Both the position numbers and the translations under genes were made by a program. 64,000 bases of DNA from Candidatus Obscuribacterales bacterium (GTDB lineage: Bacteria; Cyanobacteriota; Vampirovibrionia; Obscuribacterales; Obscuribacteraceae), in NCBI GenBank assembly GCA_965228855.1, contig CBDDIJ010000005.1, positions 1,024,001-1,088,000 on the forward strand. Reading direction: 5' to 3'. Of the stretch, positions 1-10,395 are shown piece after piece (position 1 is the first letter of the stretch; every line of letters starts with the position of its first letter). The notes under the pieces were generated by a model that ran no database searches, was not told the DNA's origin, and was given only the letters and a program-made list of their open reading frames with translations.

Positions 1-292
1 CCGGCCAACCTTTTGTATACGCCTTAAGACCATCGAGCAAACGGCTCACAGACTCAGGTTCAGCCGGATAGTCAAACTTGCTCGGCAGGACCCAGACATT
101 GTCAGAATTTTTCTGAAGAACCAGAGAGACGTTTTTCTCTTCGAGAACGATTTTATCGACCTTCGAAAGATCAGTTTTAATCAGCTTTTCAGTAGATGGT
201 GTACCGCGTTGAGAATCAAAATATTTGATCCCGAACGCAAGAGAAATTTGAACTACAAAAAGCGCAGTCAATAGCGGCACAGCGTTTTTCAT
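1..292 (-). CDS. DUF4340-type ABC accessory protein, partial (runs off window start)
   Basis: Manual translation from ATG at 292: MKNAVPLLTALFVVQISLAFG...NVWVLPSKFDYPAEPESVSRLL. N-terminal TM segment and W...YPA motif. ATGA overlap with the upstream GldF/G-like gene. Confidence 0.65.
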   Translation of the reverse strand, partial: MKNAVPLLTALFVVQISLAFGIKYFDSQRGTPSTEKLIKTDLSKVDKIVLEEKNVSLVLQKNSDNVWVLPSKFDYPAEPESVSRLLDGLKAYTKGWP

Positions 293-3198
293 TCTTCACG
301 CCCCTCCGCGGCTGTCGCGTCTGTCGGTGAGCTCAGAGCAAGAATTTTCGCGTAGCGCTTTTGGGCGCGTCTGTGTACGATGAAGCGAACAATCCAGACG
401 GCAAAGAGTGAGAAGAAAGCAAGAATGTAGTTAGCCGATTCAATCATCGACTGGTAGGAATCACTGAGCGGAGCAAGCGGACGAGAGAAGTGCCCGCGCC
501 CACGAATTGCCAAAAGCTCGCGGTCGCCCATCGACCAATCGATCGAGTTTTCGATTATCGTGATTGGATTTAGATAGTGAGTTCCACCGAGCACAGATGC
601 AAGTTGCAGCATTTCATCGGAGAGAAACGAGTTAGAAGCAAACACTACAATTCTCGAAGTCGAAGTTGATTTCTCAAGCAACGTGTTCACAACCGGCTCG
701 TCGGGCACTTTGGCGGGGGTTGAAACAGGAGCCACTGTTTTCTTCACAGAATCCACCGGAGGCTTCTTGCCTTTGAAGTATGACTGGAACTGTCCTTCGA
801 TAGCGCAGGCGATCAGATTGCGACCTGTTTTTGTCCCAATCGGAAAACCCAACTTGCTTCTGTCGAAATCCGGCTGTATATCGGTGCTTGGCGAAGTCCA
901 AGATTCGGCGGAACTGTTCAGCAAACGCACAATCGTGTTGCCTTTATTTTTCGTCTCATCAATCACGATAGGCGAAGGCCAGTTCACAGTAATCTGATTG
1001 ATACCAGAGAGGATGCCACTCTGCTTGTCCATGCCGTCTGTGCGCACATCGACGAAGTATGGATAGGGAACCATTTGTGTCTCTTGAATCTTGAATCCGT
1101 TTGCGATTCGTTCCTGAGGAATTGGGAAACTGGAGTTCTTCGGATCAAGCACCATGGTGTCTTCAAGGTTGACTCCATTGTGCGCAAGCCATTGAGTCAT
1201 ACCTGAATCTAATTTTCGCCCTTCCAGATTATCGGAGAAATCGACATCGAAACCGGAAGTCGAAACTATCACGGTTCCGCCGGACATCAGGAATTGATCG
1301 ATGGCAAATAATTCTTGCTCGTTCATCTTTTCCGGAGCAAGAAGAATTAGAACGTCAATTTCGCTCGGAATTTTGCCGCCTTCGAATGACGCATTCGTTA
1401 CTGAGTACTGGCTCCCAAGCATCTGACGAATAGCGCTGAAGTGTTTAGCCTTCATATCGACGTTGAAGCCAGGAACGTCAGGTCTCTCAGTCCAAATACC
1501 GACGGTTTTCAGAAATCCTGTTGAGTAGCGCTGGAGAGCAGATTTGATGCTCTTCTCCAGAGACATCTTATCCAGATCCTGCGGGAGTGAAACTGGAACT
1601 TTTTGTCCGCCACTCTCCAGCACCATGTAGAAATAAAAAGTCTTATCGTCCAGCATGCCCAGCGCCATCGGGCGAAAGCCGTATTCGCTCTCGAGCTTCT
1701 TCGCCAGAACTCCGCCTGCGGCCTCCGGCTCTTTAAACGATACAGAAAACTTGCCCTTCGACTCCTCTTTGAGTTTATCAACAACCTCTTTTACTTTGGT
1801 CTTGAAGTCACGTAGCGGCTCTGGAAGATCGGCATCGGCAGAGATATATCCCGTGAAAGAGACTGGATCTTTGATGTCGCCGAACAAATTTCCTTCAGAA
1901 CGATAAGACGAGATCACCTTCTTTATGGTGCTGGTGATGTCATACTCGGGATTGCGAAGCTCTACCTCGATATCCTGCTCCCCAGTGGTTTTGACCTCGA
2001 TGAGGTCGCGGAAGGAGAGGGTTTCGAATTTGTCGCCATATTTAATTAGTACATCGAAGTACGAGTTCACTACAGCAGCCTGATACTTGCTCGCGGTTTG
2101 AAATACAACAGGCTTGATTCCGTACTTTTCGCCGGCTTCGCGCTCCAGTTCAGGGTTATCTAGAGGATCGACAAACTCGACTTTCACCTTTCCATGACCG
2201 GCAATCCCGTATTCATTCAACAAATCGCGCAGACGCGGCACAAGCGGTGCCAGAAGCGGATGAGTTTTCTTACTGAAGTACCCCCTGATTAGGAGCGGTT
2301 CTTGAAGATCTGAAAGATAACGCTTTGTCGTATCTGAAATCGTGAAGATTCGCCCTTCGGTAATATCAATTCGTGCAAAACCGATTTGTTGAAGCCAGAA
2401 GTTGCCGGCAACAAAATTGGCAATCATGAGCGCGGAGACAATCAGCCACTGCTTGTGTCGAGCGTTTGACTTATTGCCTGCCCATCGCAGTTTTTCAAGT
2501 CCAAGAACGTTTAACGATAGAAAGACTCCGATGATGCTGAGGTAATAGTAAAGATCGCGAAAATCTACAACTCCGCGAGTGATGGATTGAAACCGGGACC
2601 CCGAGCCAATTAACTTCAGCGTTTCACTCATCTCAGTCCCGAACAACGATGTCACCGGATCTGAACCAACAACGAGAAACAAAGCACAGACAAATATCGA
2701 ACACAATAAACTGACAATTTGATTATCTGTGCGAGCGCTTACGTAAAGCCCAATCGCGGTATAAGCGCCTGCAAGAAACATGGTGGCAATATAGCCGCCC
2801 AAGACCGGACCTATATCCAGATCACCCAGCGCGAGAACGGTAAGTGGGATCTGTACAGTCAGCGAAATCGTCACAGCGACTAGAGCCAGACATGCTGTAA
2901 ACTTTCCAAGAATCAGTTCAATATTGCTGACTGGCGAGGTTAATAACAATTCCAGCGTGCCGGAACGACGCTCTTCGCTCCACATGCGCATGGTGAGCGC
3001 GGGGACGAGGAAGATCAGAAGCGCGGGCATCCATTCGAACATCGGTCTAACGTCCGCCACGTTGCGCACGAAGAGAGGATCGGCCCAGAAGAAAACAAAA
3101 AGTGTGACGAATAAAAACGCGCCGATAAATAGGAACGCCGTTATAGATGAGAAGAAGGACGTAAATTCGCGCCGCGCAACGCGCATGATATTACTCAT
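289..3198 (-). CDS. ABC-2 permease (GldF-like) fused to GldG-family ABC accessory domain
   Basis: N-terminal TM permease (LTMRMWSEERRSGTLELLLTSP, SITRGVVDFRDLYYY) followed by DITEGRIFTISDTT GldG-type region and a C-terminal TM. Start taken at MSNIM (ORF track extends to 3207). Confidence 0.85.
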   Translation of the reverse strand: MSNIMRVARREFTSFFSSITAFLFIGAFLFVTLFVFFWADPLFVRNVADVRPMFEWMPALLIFLVPALTMRMWSEERRSGTLELLLTSPVSNIELILGKFTACLALVAVTISLTVQIPLTVLALGDLDIGPVLGGYIATMFLAGAYTAIGLYVSARTDNQIVSLLCSIFVCALFLVVGSDPVTSLFGTEMSETLKLIGSGSRFQSITRGVVDFRDLYYYLSIIGVFLSLNVLGLEKLRWAGNKSNARHKQWLIVSALMIANFVAGNFWLQQIGFARIDITEGRIFTISDTTKRYLSDLQEPLLIRGYFSKKTHPLLAPLVPRLRDLLNEYGIAGHGKVKVEFVDPLDNPELEREAGEKYGIKPVVFQTASKYQAAVVNSYFDVLIKYGDKFETLSFRDLIEVKTTGEQDIEVELRNPEYDITSTIKKVISSYRSEGNLFGDIKDPVSFTGYISADADLPEPLRDFKTKVKEVVDKLKEESKGKFSVSFKEPEAAGGVLAKKLESEYGFRPMALGMLDDKTFYFYMVLESGGQKVPVSLPQDLDKMSLEKSIKSALQRYSTGFLKTVGIWTERPDVPGFNVDMKAKHFSAIRQMLGSQYSVTNASFEGGKIPSEIDVLILLAPEKMNEQELFAIDQFLMSGGTVIVSTSGFDVDFSDNLEGRKLDSGMTQWLAHNGVNLEDTMVLDPKNSSFPIPQERIANGFKIQETQMVPYPYFVDVRTDGMDKQSGILSGINQITVNWPSPIVIDETKNKGNTIVRLLNSSAESWTSPSTDIQPDFDRSKLGFPIGTKTGRNLIACAIEGQFQSYFKGKKPPVDSVKKTVAPVSTPAKVPDEPVVNTLLEKSTSTSRIVVFASNSFLSDEMLQLASVLGGTHYLNPITIIENSIDWSMGDRELLAIRGRGHFSRPLAPLSDSYQSMIESANYILAFFSLFAVWIVRFIVHRRAQKRYAKILALSSPTDATAAEGREE

Positions 3199-3230
3199 CG
3201 CCGCCACCTTGGATCTGTTTGCGAACGCTC

Positions 3231-4178
3231 TCAGTCATCTCTATTTCCTCCGGCTATTTCTCCGAAGATAGTCTCCAGATCTCGCACCTGCGGATGAAGA
3301 GCGTACAGGCGCGCACCGTTTTGAACAAATGCGCGCGCCGCCTCAGGCGCGATTTCCTCAGCAGATGGCCCGGAATCGCTAGAAGTGGCAACTTCGAGTA
3401 CGTAATGATATTGATTGTCAGCCTCACGCGAAGATACTATGGAGACGCCTGGCAACTTATCGATTATAGATTTTGTTTTCTCTTCATCCTGATCGACTGA
3501 AACGAGAAGACGATTACTTGTACGCAGTGCTTCCATCGACGCATCCAGAGCCAGTTTACCTCGATTGATTATCAGAACTCGTCCGCAAACAGCTTGCACC
3601 TCTTGCATAATATGCGTCGAAATTACAACCGTCGCATTCTGTGAGAGTTCACGAATAAGTGAGCGCATCTCCTTGATCTGCGACGGATCAAGTCCATTCG
3701 TCGGTTCATCGAGAATCAAAATTTGAGGCGAATTCAAAATAGCCTGGGCCACACCCAGACGCTGACGATAGCCGCGAGATAGCGTGTTCACTTGCTGTAG
3801 TGCGACATCACGAAGACGCGTTTTATCGATTGCGTAGACAATGCGCTCGTTTTTCTTCTCTGCTGGCACGCCGCGTAGCGTCGCAATGTAATCGAGGTAA
3901 TCGAGCACCTTCATATCCGGATAGACCGGGCAATTCTCCGGCAAGTATCCGGTGTTCTGCTGCACATCGATTCTGTTGGAGGCGACATCAACTCCGTTGA
4001 CAGTAGCGATTCCAGCGGTTGGTTCGAGATAGCCGGTGAGCATTTTCATGATCGTCGTCTTTCCCGCGCCATTGTGCCCAAGCAAACCGACAATCTCGCC
4101 ATGCTCGATTTGAAAGGAAACATTGTCGACAGCAACGATCTTTCCGTATGTTCTCGTCAGAGATTCAGCCTTGATCAT
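3231..4178 (-). CDS. ABC transporter ATP-binding protein (GldA-like)
   Basis: Walker A GHNGAGKTT, signature LSRGYRQR, Walker B ILILDEP, H-loop STH. Confidence 0.93.
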   Translation of the reverse strand: MIKAESLTRTYGKIVAVDNVSFQIEHGEIVGLLGHNGAGKTTIMKMLTGYLEPTAGIATVNGVDVASNRIDVQQNTGYLPENCPVYPDMKVLDYLDYIATLRGVPAEKKNERIVYAIDKTRLRDVALQQVNTLSRGYRQRLGVAQAILNSPQILILDEPTNGLDPSQIKEMRSLIRELSQNATVVISTHIMQEVQAVCGRVLIINRGKLALDASMEALRTSNRLLVSVDQDEEKTKSIIDKLPGVSIVSSREADNQYHYVLEVATSSDSGPSAEEIAPEAARAFVQNGARLYALHPQVRDLETIFGEIAGGNRDD

Positions 4179-4269
4179 TCCAGTTCAACCGCAGTCAGCT
4201 CACGATGTCATGCGCCTACATGGCACGCGACGACCACTATTATAGAGCACTTGACTGAAATCCCTCCCC

Positions 4270-4896
4270 TTAGGGTTTCAGCAATGAATTTCGTTTGAGA
4301 GTTCCGGTTACGGCGGTTTCAGTCCTCGAGCCGGAACCACTGGCGGTACCACTTCCAAGTGGTCGTTCGTAAACAGCCGCTTGCTGGTCGGCAACCTTGC
4401 GAATCAGGCCGGGCGACGAAATCTTGGTCGGTCTCGTCATGCTTGACGGCGGCGCCATGCGACCTGTCACCTGTTGCTTTTGATTCAATAAACCATTCGA
4501 GCTCATTCCCTTTGGCAGGCTATTTTGCAACGACAACGGGCCGCTTGACGGAATGTTGCTACCGAAACGAGATTGCGGAAGCGCATTCAAATCGACGACT
4601 CCAGGCGGCAGCCCGCCACCAGCACCACCTGCACTCACCCGTATGATCTGCGGAGCTGGCACCGCTGGCGGTGTCGTGTCAACAACAAAAAGTTTTTGGG
4701 CCTCAGGTGCATTCGGAGTGCTCGTGACAATAGGATTCTCAGGAACAATCTGAATTCGCAGCGGCGCCGTATAAGGTTTACTCGCATTAGGAAGCTTCGT
4801 CGGATCGACACTCTGAAACTGGGCTCGAGCCTCCATGCCGCTCGTCGTAAATACAGTAATCAAAGAAAGCGCCGTCAGTGTCGCAAATTTTCTCAT
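4270..4896 (-). CDS. Secreted hypothetical protein, Pro/Gly/Ser-rich
   Basis: Signal peptide MRKFATLTALSLITVF...ARA; GAGG-like RBS upstream. Confidence 0.7.
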   Translation of the reverse strand: MRKFATLTALSLITVFTTSGMEARAQFQSVDPTKLPNASKPYTAPLRIQIVPENPIVTSTPNAPEAQKLFVVDTTPPAVPAPQIIRVSAGGAGGGLPPGVVDLNALPQSRFGSNIPSSGPLSLQNSLPKGMSSNGLLNQKQQVTGRMAPPSSMTRPTKISSPGLIRKVADQQAAVYERPLGSGTASGSGSRTETAVTGTLKRNSLLKP

Positions 4897-5132
4897 TAGT
4901 TGAACCTCGCATCGCGCGCCGATCCCCGCGCCTTTCCAGCGCAGAGACTACATATCGACTCGCTACTAAAGTATCAAAGTCGCACATCGCGACCGTCTTT
5001 CGCCAATTGTCATTCAACACGAAGGGACTTGATACAGGGAAAACCCTCATTCAAGTCCCGTTGTTTTCTTGTTTTCGCGCTCCCGGTTTCCATCGCACTT
5101 CGACAGACCGTTTCAAAACGGCTCCAAAACCG

Positions 5133-6398
5133 TTATCTCCAGTTCTTATTCTGGAATTTCAACCACATCTCCGCTTCCTTACCAGCAGGAAGAGGTTTCG
5201 AATGAGTCTGCACAGGCGTCGAAGAATAGTTTGATTGAACTGGTTGAGTTACCACCGGCTGAGTCACAACAGGTGTCAGCTGTGCAGCGGGTTGCGTCAC
5301 CACAGGCTGCGTGGTTTGTTGAACCACCTGCTGAGTCACTACCGGTTGAGTCGAAGGCGCGGTCGGCGCACTGCTATTGGTGGCAACCGGTTTCACAAGA
5401 TCGCCGCCCTTAGCTTTCATCTCAAGCACGCGTTTGTAGGTCAGACTCTCATCTTCCGGCACGGAGCGCGGAGAAACCGGTTTAGCAGCAATGCGTAAAG
5501 GTTCGCCTTCCCATTTGCTGTGCATCACAGGAGTTTGAAAGGCCTGGCGGTCGAACTTGACTTCAGACTGTACCTTGTCTTTCAAGGTATCGAACGCTGC
5601 TTGCAGGTCCGCCTTCTCTTGTTCTCTAGCCAGAACTTCGATCAAGTTGCGAGTAAAAACACCATTGTCGTATCGCTTTGATTCCCAGCTGCGTTGATCG
5701 GCGCCACTGGAGCTGATTACTATCTGACCTTTGCCTGCGATGGCCATCGGGTCGAAGTTGGTCGATCTATACAGGCCCTTTCCACCAACCTCGGCGGCGC
5801 CGCTGTTACAAGCGTCCAGCAAAAGCACAACGCGATCGCAGTGTGTACGTCTGTAGATCGTGGGAGCGAGGTCTTGAAGCAGAACTCCGGACGTGAACAA
5901 ATCGGATTGCTCAGTATCGTATGCAACAAGGAAGTTCTCGCCGCCTTTATCCAATTCACTCGGGCTGCCGTGAGTAGACGCATAAATCACAACAAGGTCA
6001 TCCGGCAAAACGCGCATCGGCAACCAAGTACCTGCGATCGAAGAGACTATATTGTTTCGCGTCGCATTTTCGTTCAACAACAAAAGCACATGGTCAGGAG
6101 CAAAATTTGCTTTCTCGACCAGAAACTTTGCGAAGTCCTGCGCGTCTTTAGCAGGGTAACGAAGTTTCGGAATTTTCGAATCCTTGAATGTACCAACGCC
6201 GATAACTACCGCCCACTTATCCTTAATAGGACGTTTTGAGGCAGATTCGTCAATAGCCTTCATGACCTTGTTCTCTGCCGACTCTTGCTCTGCGGCAAGG
6301 GCAGGAACGAAGTTGAGTATGCCTGTTACTAAAAGCGACATGCTTAAAAGCGAAAGCGCTCTCTTTGCACCATGCCGATTTTTCATATAATCCACCAC
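5133..6398 (-). CDS. Exported caspase-family (peptidase C14) protein
   Basis: Signal peptide; KWAVVIGV, LRYPAKDAQD, catalytic dyad STHG and LDACNSG, ISSSGADQRSWE, NGVFT, QTP. C-terminal PVVTQ repeats. Confidence 0.88.
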   Translation of the reverse strand: MVDYMKNRHGAKRALSLLSMSLLVTGILNFVPALAAEQESAENKVMKAIDESASKRPIKDKWAVVIGVGTFKDSKIPKLRYPAKDAQDFAKFLVEKANFAPDHVLLLLNENATRNNIVSSIAGTWLPMRVLPDDLVVIYASTHGSPSELDKGGENFLVAYDTEQSDLFTSGVLLQDLAPTIYRRTHCDRVVLLLDACNSGAAEVGGKGLYRSTNFDPMAIAGKGQIVISSSGADQRSWESKRYDNGVFTRNLIEVLAREQEKADLQAAFDTLKDKVQSEVKFDRQAFQTPVMHSKWEGEPLRIAAKPVSPRSVPEDESLTYKRVLEMKAKGGDLVKPVATNSSAPTAPSTQPVVTQQVVQQTTQPVVTQPAAQLTPVVTQPVVTQPVQSNYSSTPVQTHSKPLPAGKEAEMWLKFQNKNWR

Positions 6399-6625
6399 CT
6401 ATATATCATCAGACGGAGCCGACGGCCGGAACGCCATCATTGCCCATAAGTTGAATTCGTACTTTCTCTACTTGGTTATAGATAATTTTAGGGCAGGAAA
6501 TTTATTTTTGCACAGCTAACTCTTGGCGACAACGTCAGACGGTTAATAAGTCCGCTGCAAGCCATTTTTTGCGTTTCAAAATTCCTTCGATTTCGAGCGA
6601 AACCGACTGTGCGTTCCCACACAGC

Positions 6626-7636
6626 TTAAAGAAGCTTGTTCTCTTCAGCCCAACGAATCTCGGCCTTAAGCGCAGCGTTTAGAGTCGCCCGCGGTTTAAA
6701 ACCGGTTGCCTGAATGAGTTTGGCGGGTGAGACGGTGGTTTCAGTAGTAAGCTTCTCGAGCTGTTCGCTGGACACGGGCGTCTTGCCGGGCATGAAGGTT
6801 TCAGCCATTTTTACGCCAAACTTGAGAAGACCGGCTGGAACAGAGGGAATTTTCTTCTCCATATCCAGTGCTTTCGAAATCTCTTCAGCCAGATCGTGGA
6901 CTGAAACCGCCTGCGGGTTTGCCACGTTGAAGACGTGATGTCCTTCCGGCACACGCGTGACACAAAGGAGAACGGCTCGAGCCAGGTCTTTTGCGTAAAT
7001 CAGGCTCTTGCTCGTATCACCTGCGCCGATGTGTTTGTAGCGCTGGTCCTTGATCTCCTTGATCATGCGTATCAAGTTACCCTTATCACCCTCACCGAAA
7101 ACGAGGGACGGGCGCAGGATTATCACACGCGGGATACCCTGGAGAGTTTTGAGAAATGCCTCGGAAGCGGCTTTGGAAACCGCATATGGTGTTTTTGCTT
7201 TCAGCGGCGCTGTTTCACTTACATCGGTAAACGGTCCCGGACCGTACACTGCCGACGAACTGAAAAATACAAAAGTATTGACGCGGTTGGCTACACAGGC
7301 TTCAGCCAGGGCTTGAGTCGCCCGAACATTTGCCACTTCGTATTCTTGATAAGGCGCATCGGGCTTGTGCGCTAGTCCCGCCGCGTGGATAACGACGTCG
7401 CAACCCTTGGTGAGCTCGCGGTGATCCTGCTCCAGCATTCGGGAGAAGTCGGCTTGATGAAATTCCGTCATGGCGAAATCGAACGCATCGCCGCATTTTT
7501 CGCGGGCTTCCAGTCGATCGCGGACCAGTGCTCTTAAGACACCGAGGCTTTGACCCTGCACGGCCGCTGCCACTTGCCGGCCAATCATTCCGGTTGCGCC
7601 GGTGACAAGTATTCGTTTTACACCATTGGATGCCAT
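6626..7636 (-). CDS. NAD-dependent epimerase/dehydratase (extended SDR)
   Basis: VTGATGMIG, HAAG, SSSAVYG, YAVSK motifs. Confidence 0.9.
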   Translation of the reverse strand: MASNGVKRILVTGATGMIGRQVAAAVQGQSLGVLRALVRDRLEAREKCGDAFDFAMTEFHQADFSRMLEQDHRELTKGCDVVIHAAGLAHKPDAPYQEYEVANVRATQALAEACVANRVNTFVFFSSSAVYGPGPFTDVSETAPLKAKTPYAVSKAASEAFLKTLQGIPRVIILRPSLVFGEGDKGNLIRMIKEIKDQRYKHIGAGDTSKSLIYAKDLARAVLLCVTRVPEGHHVFNVANPQAVSVHDLAEEISKALDMEKKIPSVPAGLLKFGVKMAETFMPGKTPVSSEQLEKLTTETTVSPAKLIQATGFKPRATLNAALKAEIRWAEENKLL

Positions 7637-7675
7637 TTCAATCGCTTTTCTTGTTGAGTTACCGCTGCCGTCTGC

Positions 7676-8629
7676 CTACTTCTTGGTGAGGTGCATTGTG
7701 GGCGCCTCTTGTCGGCGGCTGTCCGATGCTGCAAGACCGCGCCGAGGCGCGAAGAGCCCGCGAATCAGGTTCACCAGGATGAACAGGAATGCCCGGCTCC
7801 AGATTGCAGCATACACCAGTATATTAAATGGTACCCAATATTTCTTGGCTAAATGCTTCTTGTAAAACACGTGCATACCTTTATGCAGGTTGATAGTAGC
7901 TCCGACCGGGCGTAAGCGGCTCGAAGCTCCATGCACGTGATAAATCACGCTGTCAGGAAGATAAACGACGCGATAGCCGTCTTCCTTTATTCGCCAGCAC
8001 CAGTCAATGTCTTCACCGAACATAAAGATGTCTTCATCGAGTAGACCTATCTTGTCTACCACCGATTTGCGAACCATCATGCAAGAGCCTGATAAAGCAT
8101 CTACTTCCAGCAGTTTATCCGGGTCGGCGTGGGTGAGGTTGTATTCGGAAAAGGTCTTGCTCTTGGGAAATAAGTGGCTCAGGTATGTCAGGCGGTAGAA
8201 CGATGCGCTCACACTTGGGAACGACCGGCGGCAAGCCAATTGCAGCGTCCCATCCGGGTTAAGAACCTTCGGACCGACTGCGCCGCAATCAGGATTCTCA
8301 TCGAGATAGGTCGCCATGAGCGAGATAGCGTCCTTCGTGACCTCGGTGTCCGGGTTGAGAAGAAGGACGTATTTGCCCAGCGCCGTCGGAATCACCTGGT
8401 TGCAAGCGACGGAGAAACCGACGTTTGCTGAGTTCTCAGTGAGCTTGACATGGGGATATTTGCTCTTAAGCATCTCCACACTGCCGTCTTGCGAATCGTT
8501 GTCCACGACCAGGATTTCAAAAGACTCATGCCCACTGTCTTCACGCGCAATAGAGTCAAGAAGCACCGCGAGCAATTCCGGTGTTTTCCAGTTCACAATC
8601 ACTATTGAGACAGTCGGCGTTTGTGTCAT
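7676..8629 (-). CDS. Glycosyltransferase family 2 (WbbL/rhamnosyltransferase-like)
   Basis: VSIVIVNW, VVDNDSQDGS, NVGF, LLLNPD, SGSCMM, GEDIDWC. Start taken at MTQT (ORF track extends to 8713). Confidence 0.9.
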   Translation of the reverse strand: MTQTPTVSIVIVNWKTPELLAVLLDSIAREDSGHESFEILVVDNDSQDGSVEMLKSKYPHVKLTENSANVGFSVACNQVIPTALGKYVLLLNPDTEVTKDAISLMATYLDENPDCGAVGPKVLNPDGTLQLACRRSFPSVSASFYRLTYLSHLFPKSKTFSEYNLTHADPDKLLEVDALSGSCMMVRKSVVDKIGLLDEDIFMFGEDIDWCWRIKEDGYRVVYLPDSVIYHVHGASSRLRPVGATINLHKGMHVFYKKHLAKKYWVPFNILVYAAIWSRAFLFILVNLIRGLFAPRRGLAASDSRRQEAPTMHLTKK

Positions 8630-8709
8630 TTTTTCTTTGAAACCAATCTCGTTCTCGTTAAGAAATCTTACTAAGTCTGCCCCGTCACGAGGCGAAAGCG
8701 TCATTAGTT

Positions 8710-10269
8710 TCAAACAGTGACGACAGGTCTAAACTTGCCGAATGCTGTCTTCAAAGTCTTACTGATCTCACCGACGGTGGCATAGGCTTCCACCGCCTCG
8801 AGAATAAACGGCATCAAATTGTCGGTTCCCTGAGCAGCAGCCAGCAGCTTGGCAAGCGACTCTTCGACTCTGGCATTGTCGCGAGTTTCTTTTACTCGCT
8901 TCAAATCACGCACCTGCTCTTCTTCCAGCTTTGGATCGACTCGTAAAAGTGGAATCGACGGATCATCAGCATCGATGAAATCGTTGACGCCGACAACGAT
9001 TTGCTCTTTCGACTCCACGGCTTTGTGATACTCGTAGGCCGAATTCTGAATCTCTTTTTGAATGAAACCGCTCTCGACAGCTTGAATTGCACCGCCCATA
9101 TCTTCAATGCGTTTGAGATAGACTCGAACGTCTTTCTCGATTTGATCGGTGAGACTCTCGACGTAATAAGAGCCGCCAAAGGGGTCTACGACATTAGTCA
9201 CACCAGTTTCAAACGCGATAATTTGCTGCGTTCTCAGCGCCGTCAGGGCTGACGCCTCGCTTGGCAGTGAAAGCGCTTCGTCTTTTGAATTCGTATGCAA
9301 CGATTGAGTTCCGCCAATAACTGCAGCCAGAGCCTCGACAGCAGTGCGAACGATGTTGTTGTCCGGTTGCTGTTGGGTCAGGGAACTGCCGGCGGTTTGA
9401 GTGTGAAAGCGCAACATCAGCGACTTTGGATCTTGAGCGTTGAAACGGTCTTTCATGATGCTCGCCCAGATGCGGCGCGCCGCGCGGAACTTCGCGACTT
9501 CCTCGAAGAAATTCATTTGAGCAACGAAGAAGAAGCTGAGCTGAGGCGCAAATTCATCGACGGACAAACCGCGAGAAATTGCCGCCTCTACATATTGAAT
9601 CGCGTTGGCGAAAGTGAACGCCAGCTCTTGAGTCGCAGTAGCACCAGCTTCCCTGATGTGATACCCGGAGATGGAAATCGTATTCCACTTCGGCATTTCT
9701 TTCGCGCAAAATTCGAAGATGTCGCAAATCAGACGCATTGAGCCGGTCGGCGGGAAGATGTATGTGTTTCTAGCTTCGTACTCTTTGAGAATGTCGTTTT
9801 GAATCGTGCCGTTGAGCAACTTCGGATCGACGCCTTGTTTCTTGCCTACCGCGCGATACATAGCAAGAAGGATCGAGCTGGTCGCGTTGATGGTCATCGA
9901 GGTTGAAACCTTCGAAAGGTCGATCTGGTCGAAGAGTTTTTCCATATCGGCGAGTGTATCGATAGCCACTCCGGTGCGTCCTACTTCGCCAAACGCCATC
10001 GGGTCGTCGCTGTCGATGCCCATCTGAGTCGGCAGATCGAACGCCGTCGACAAACCGGTCTGCCCGTTACCTAATAGATATCTAAACCTTTTGTTGGTTT
10101 CGGTAGCGTTTCCGAAGCCCGCGTACTGCCTCATGGTCCACACGCGAGAGCGGTACATGTTGTCATATATACCGCGCGTGTATGGGTATTGGCCTGGCTT
10201 TCCAAGCTTCTCGTCCTGTTCCCAAGAGCTCAGGTCTTCTGGTCGATAGAGGTTTTTATCAGTGGTCAT
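8710..10269 (-). CDS. Methylmalonyl-CoA mutase, large (substrate-binding) subunit lacking the B12-binding domain
   Basis: [18 protein letters not shown] (Tyr specificity residue), [46 protein letters not shown]. No DxHxxG domain. Confidence 0.93.
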   Translation of the reverse strand: MTTDKNLYRPEDLSSWEQDEKLGKPGQYPYTRGIYDNMYRSRVWTMRQYAGFGNATETNKRFRYLLGNGQTGLSTAFDLPTQMGIDSDDPMAFGEVGRTGVAIDTLADMEKLFDQIDLSKVSTSMTINATSSILLAMYRAVGKKQGVDPKLLNGTIQNDILKEYEARNTYIFPPTGSMRLICDIFEFCAKEMPKWNTISISGYHIREAGATATQELAFTFANAIQYVEAAISRGLSVDEFAPQLSFFFVAQMNFFEEVAKFRAARRIWASIMKDRFNAQDPKSLMLRFHTQTAGSSLTQQQPDNNIVRTAVEALAAVIGGTQSLHTNSKDEALSLPSEASALTALRTQQIIAFETGVTNVVDPFGGSYYVESLTDQIEKDVRVYLKRIEDMGGAIQAVESGFIQKEIQNSAYEYHKAVESKEQIVVGVNDFIDADDPSIPLLRVDPKLEEEQVRDLKRVKETRDNARVEESLAKLLAAAQGTDNLMPFILEAVEAYATVGEISKTLKTAFGKFRPVVTV

Positions 10270-10395
10270 GCCGGTTGCGCGAGTTGTGTATTTGAGTGGG
10301 ATGCGTGCCAAATCAAGGTTTTCATAACGTTTTAAGACGGCTGTCACCGTATAATGAGGACGCTTTGCATATATTGTACGGGAGGTTCACCCCTG

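Noticed and set aside
289..4178. Gld-like ABC genes as evidence of gliding motility
   Set aside because: This ABC type is widespread in non-gliding bacteria and no other gld/spr genes are present.
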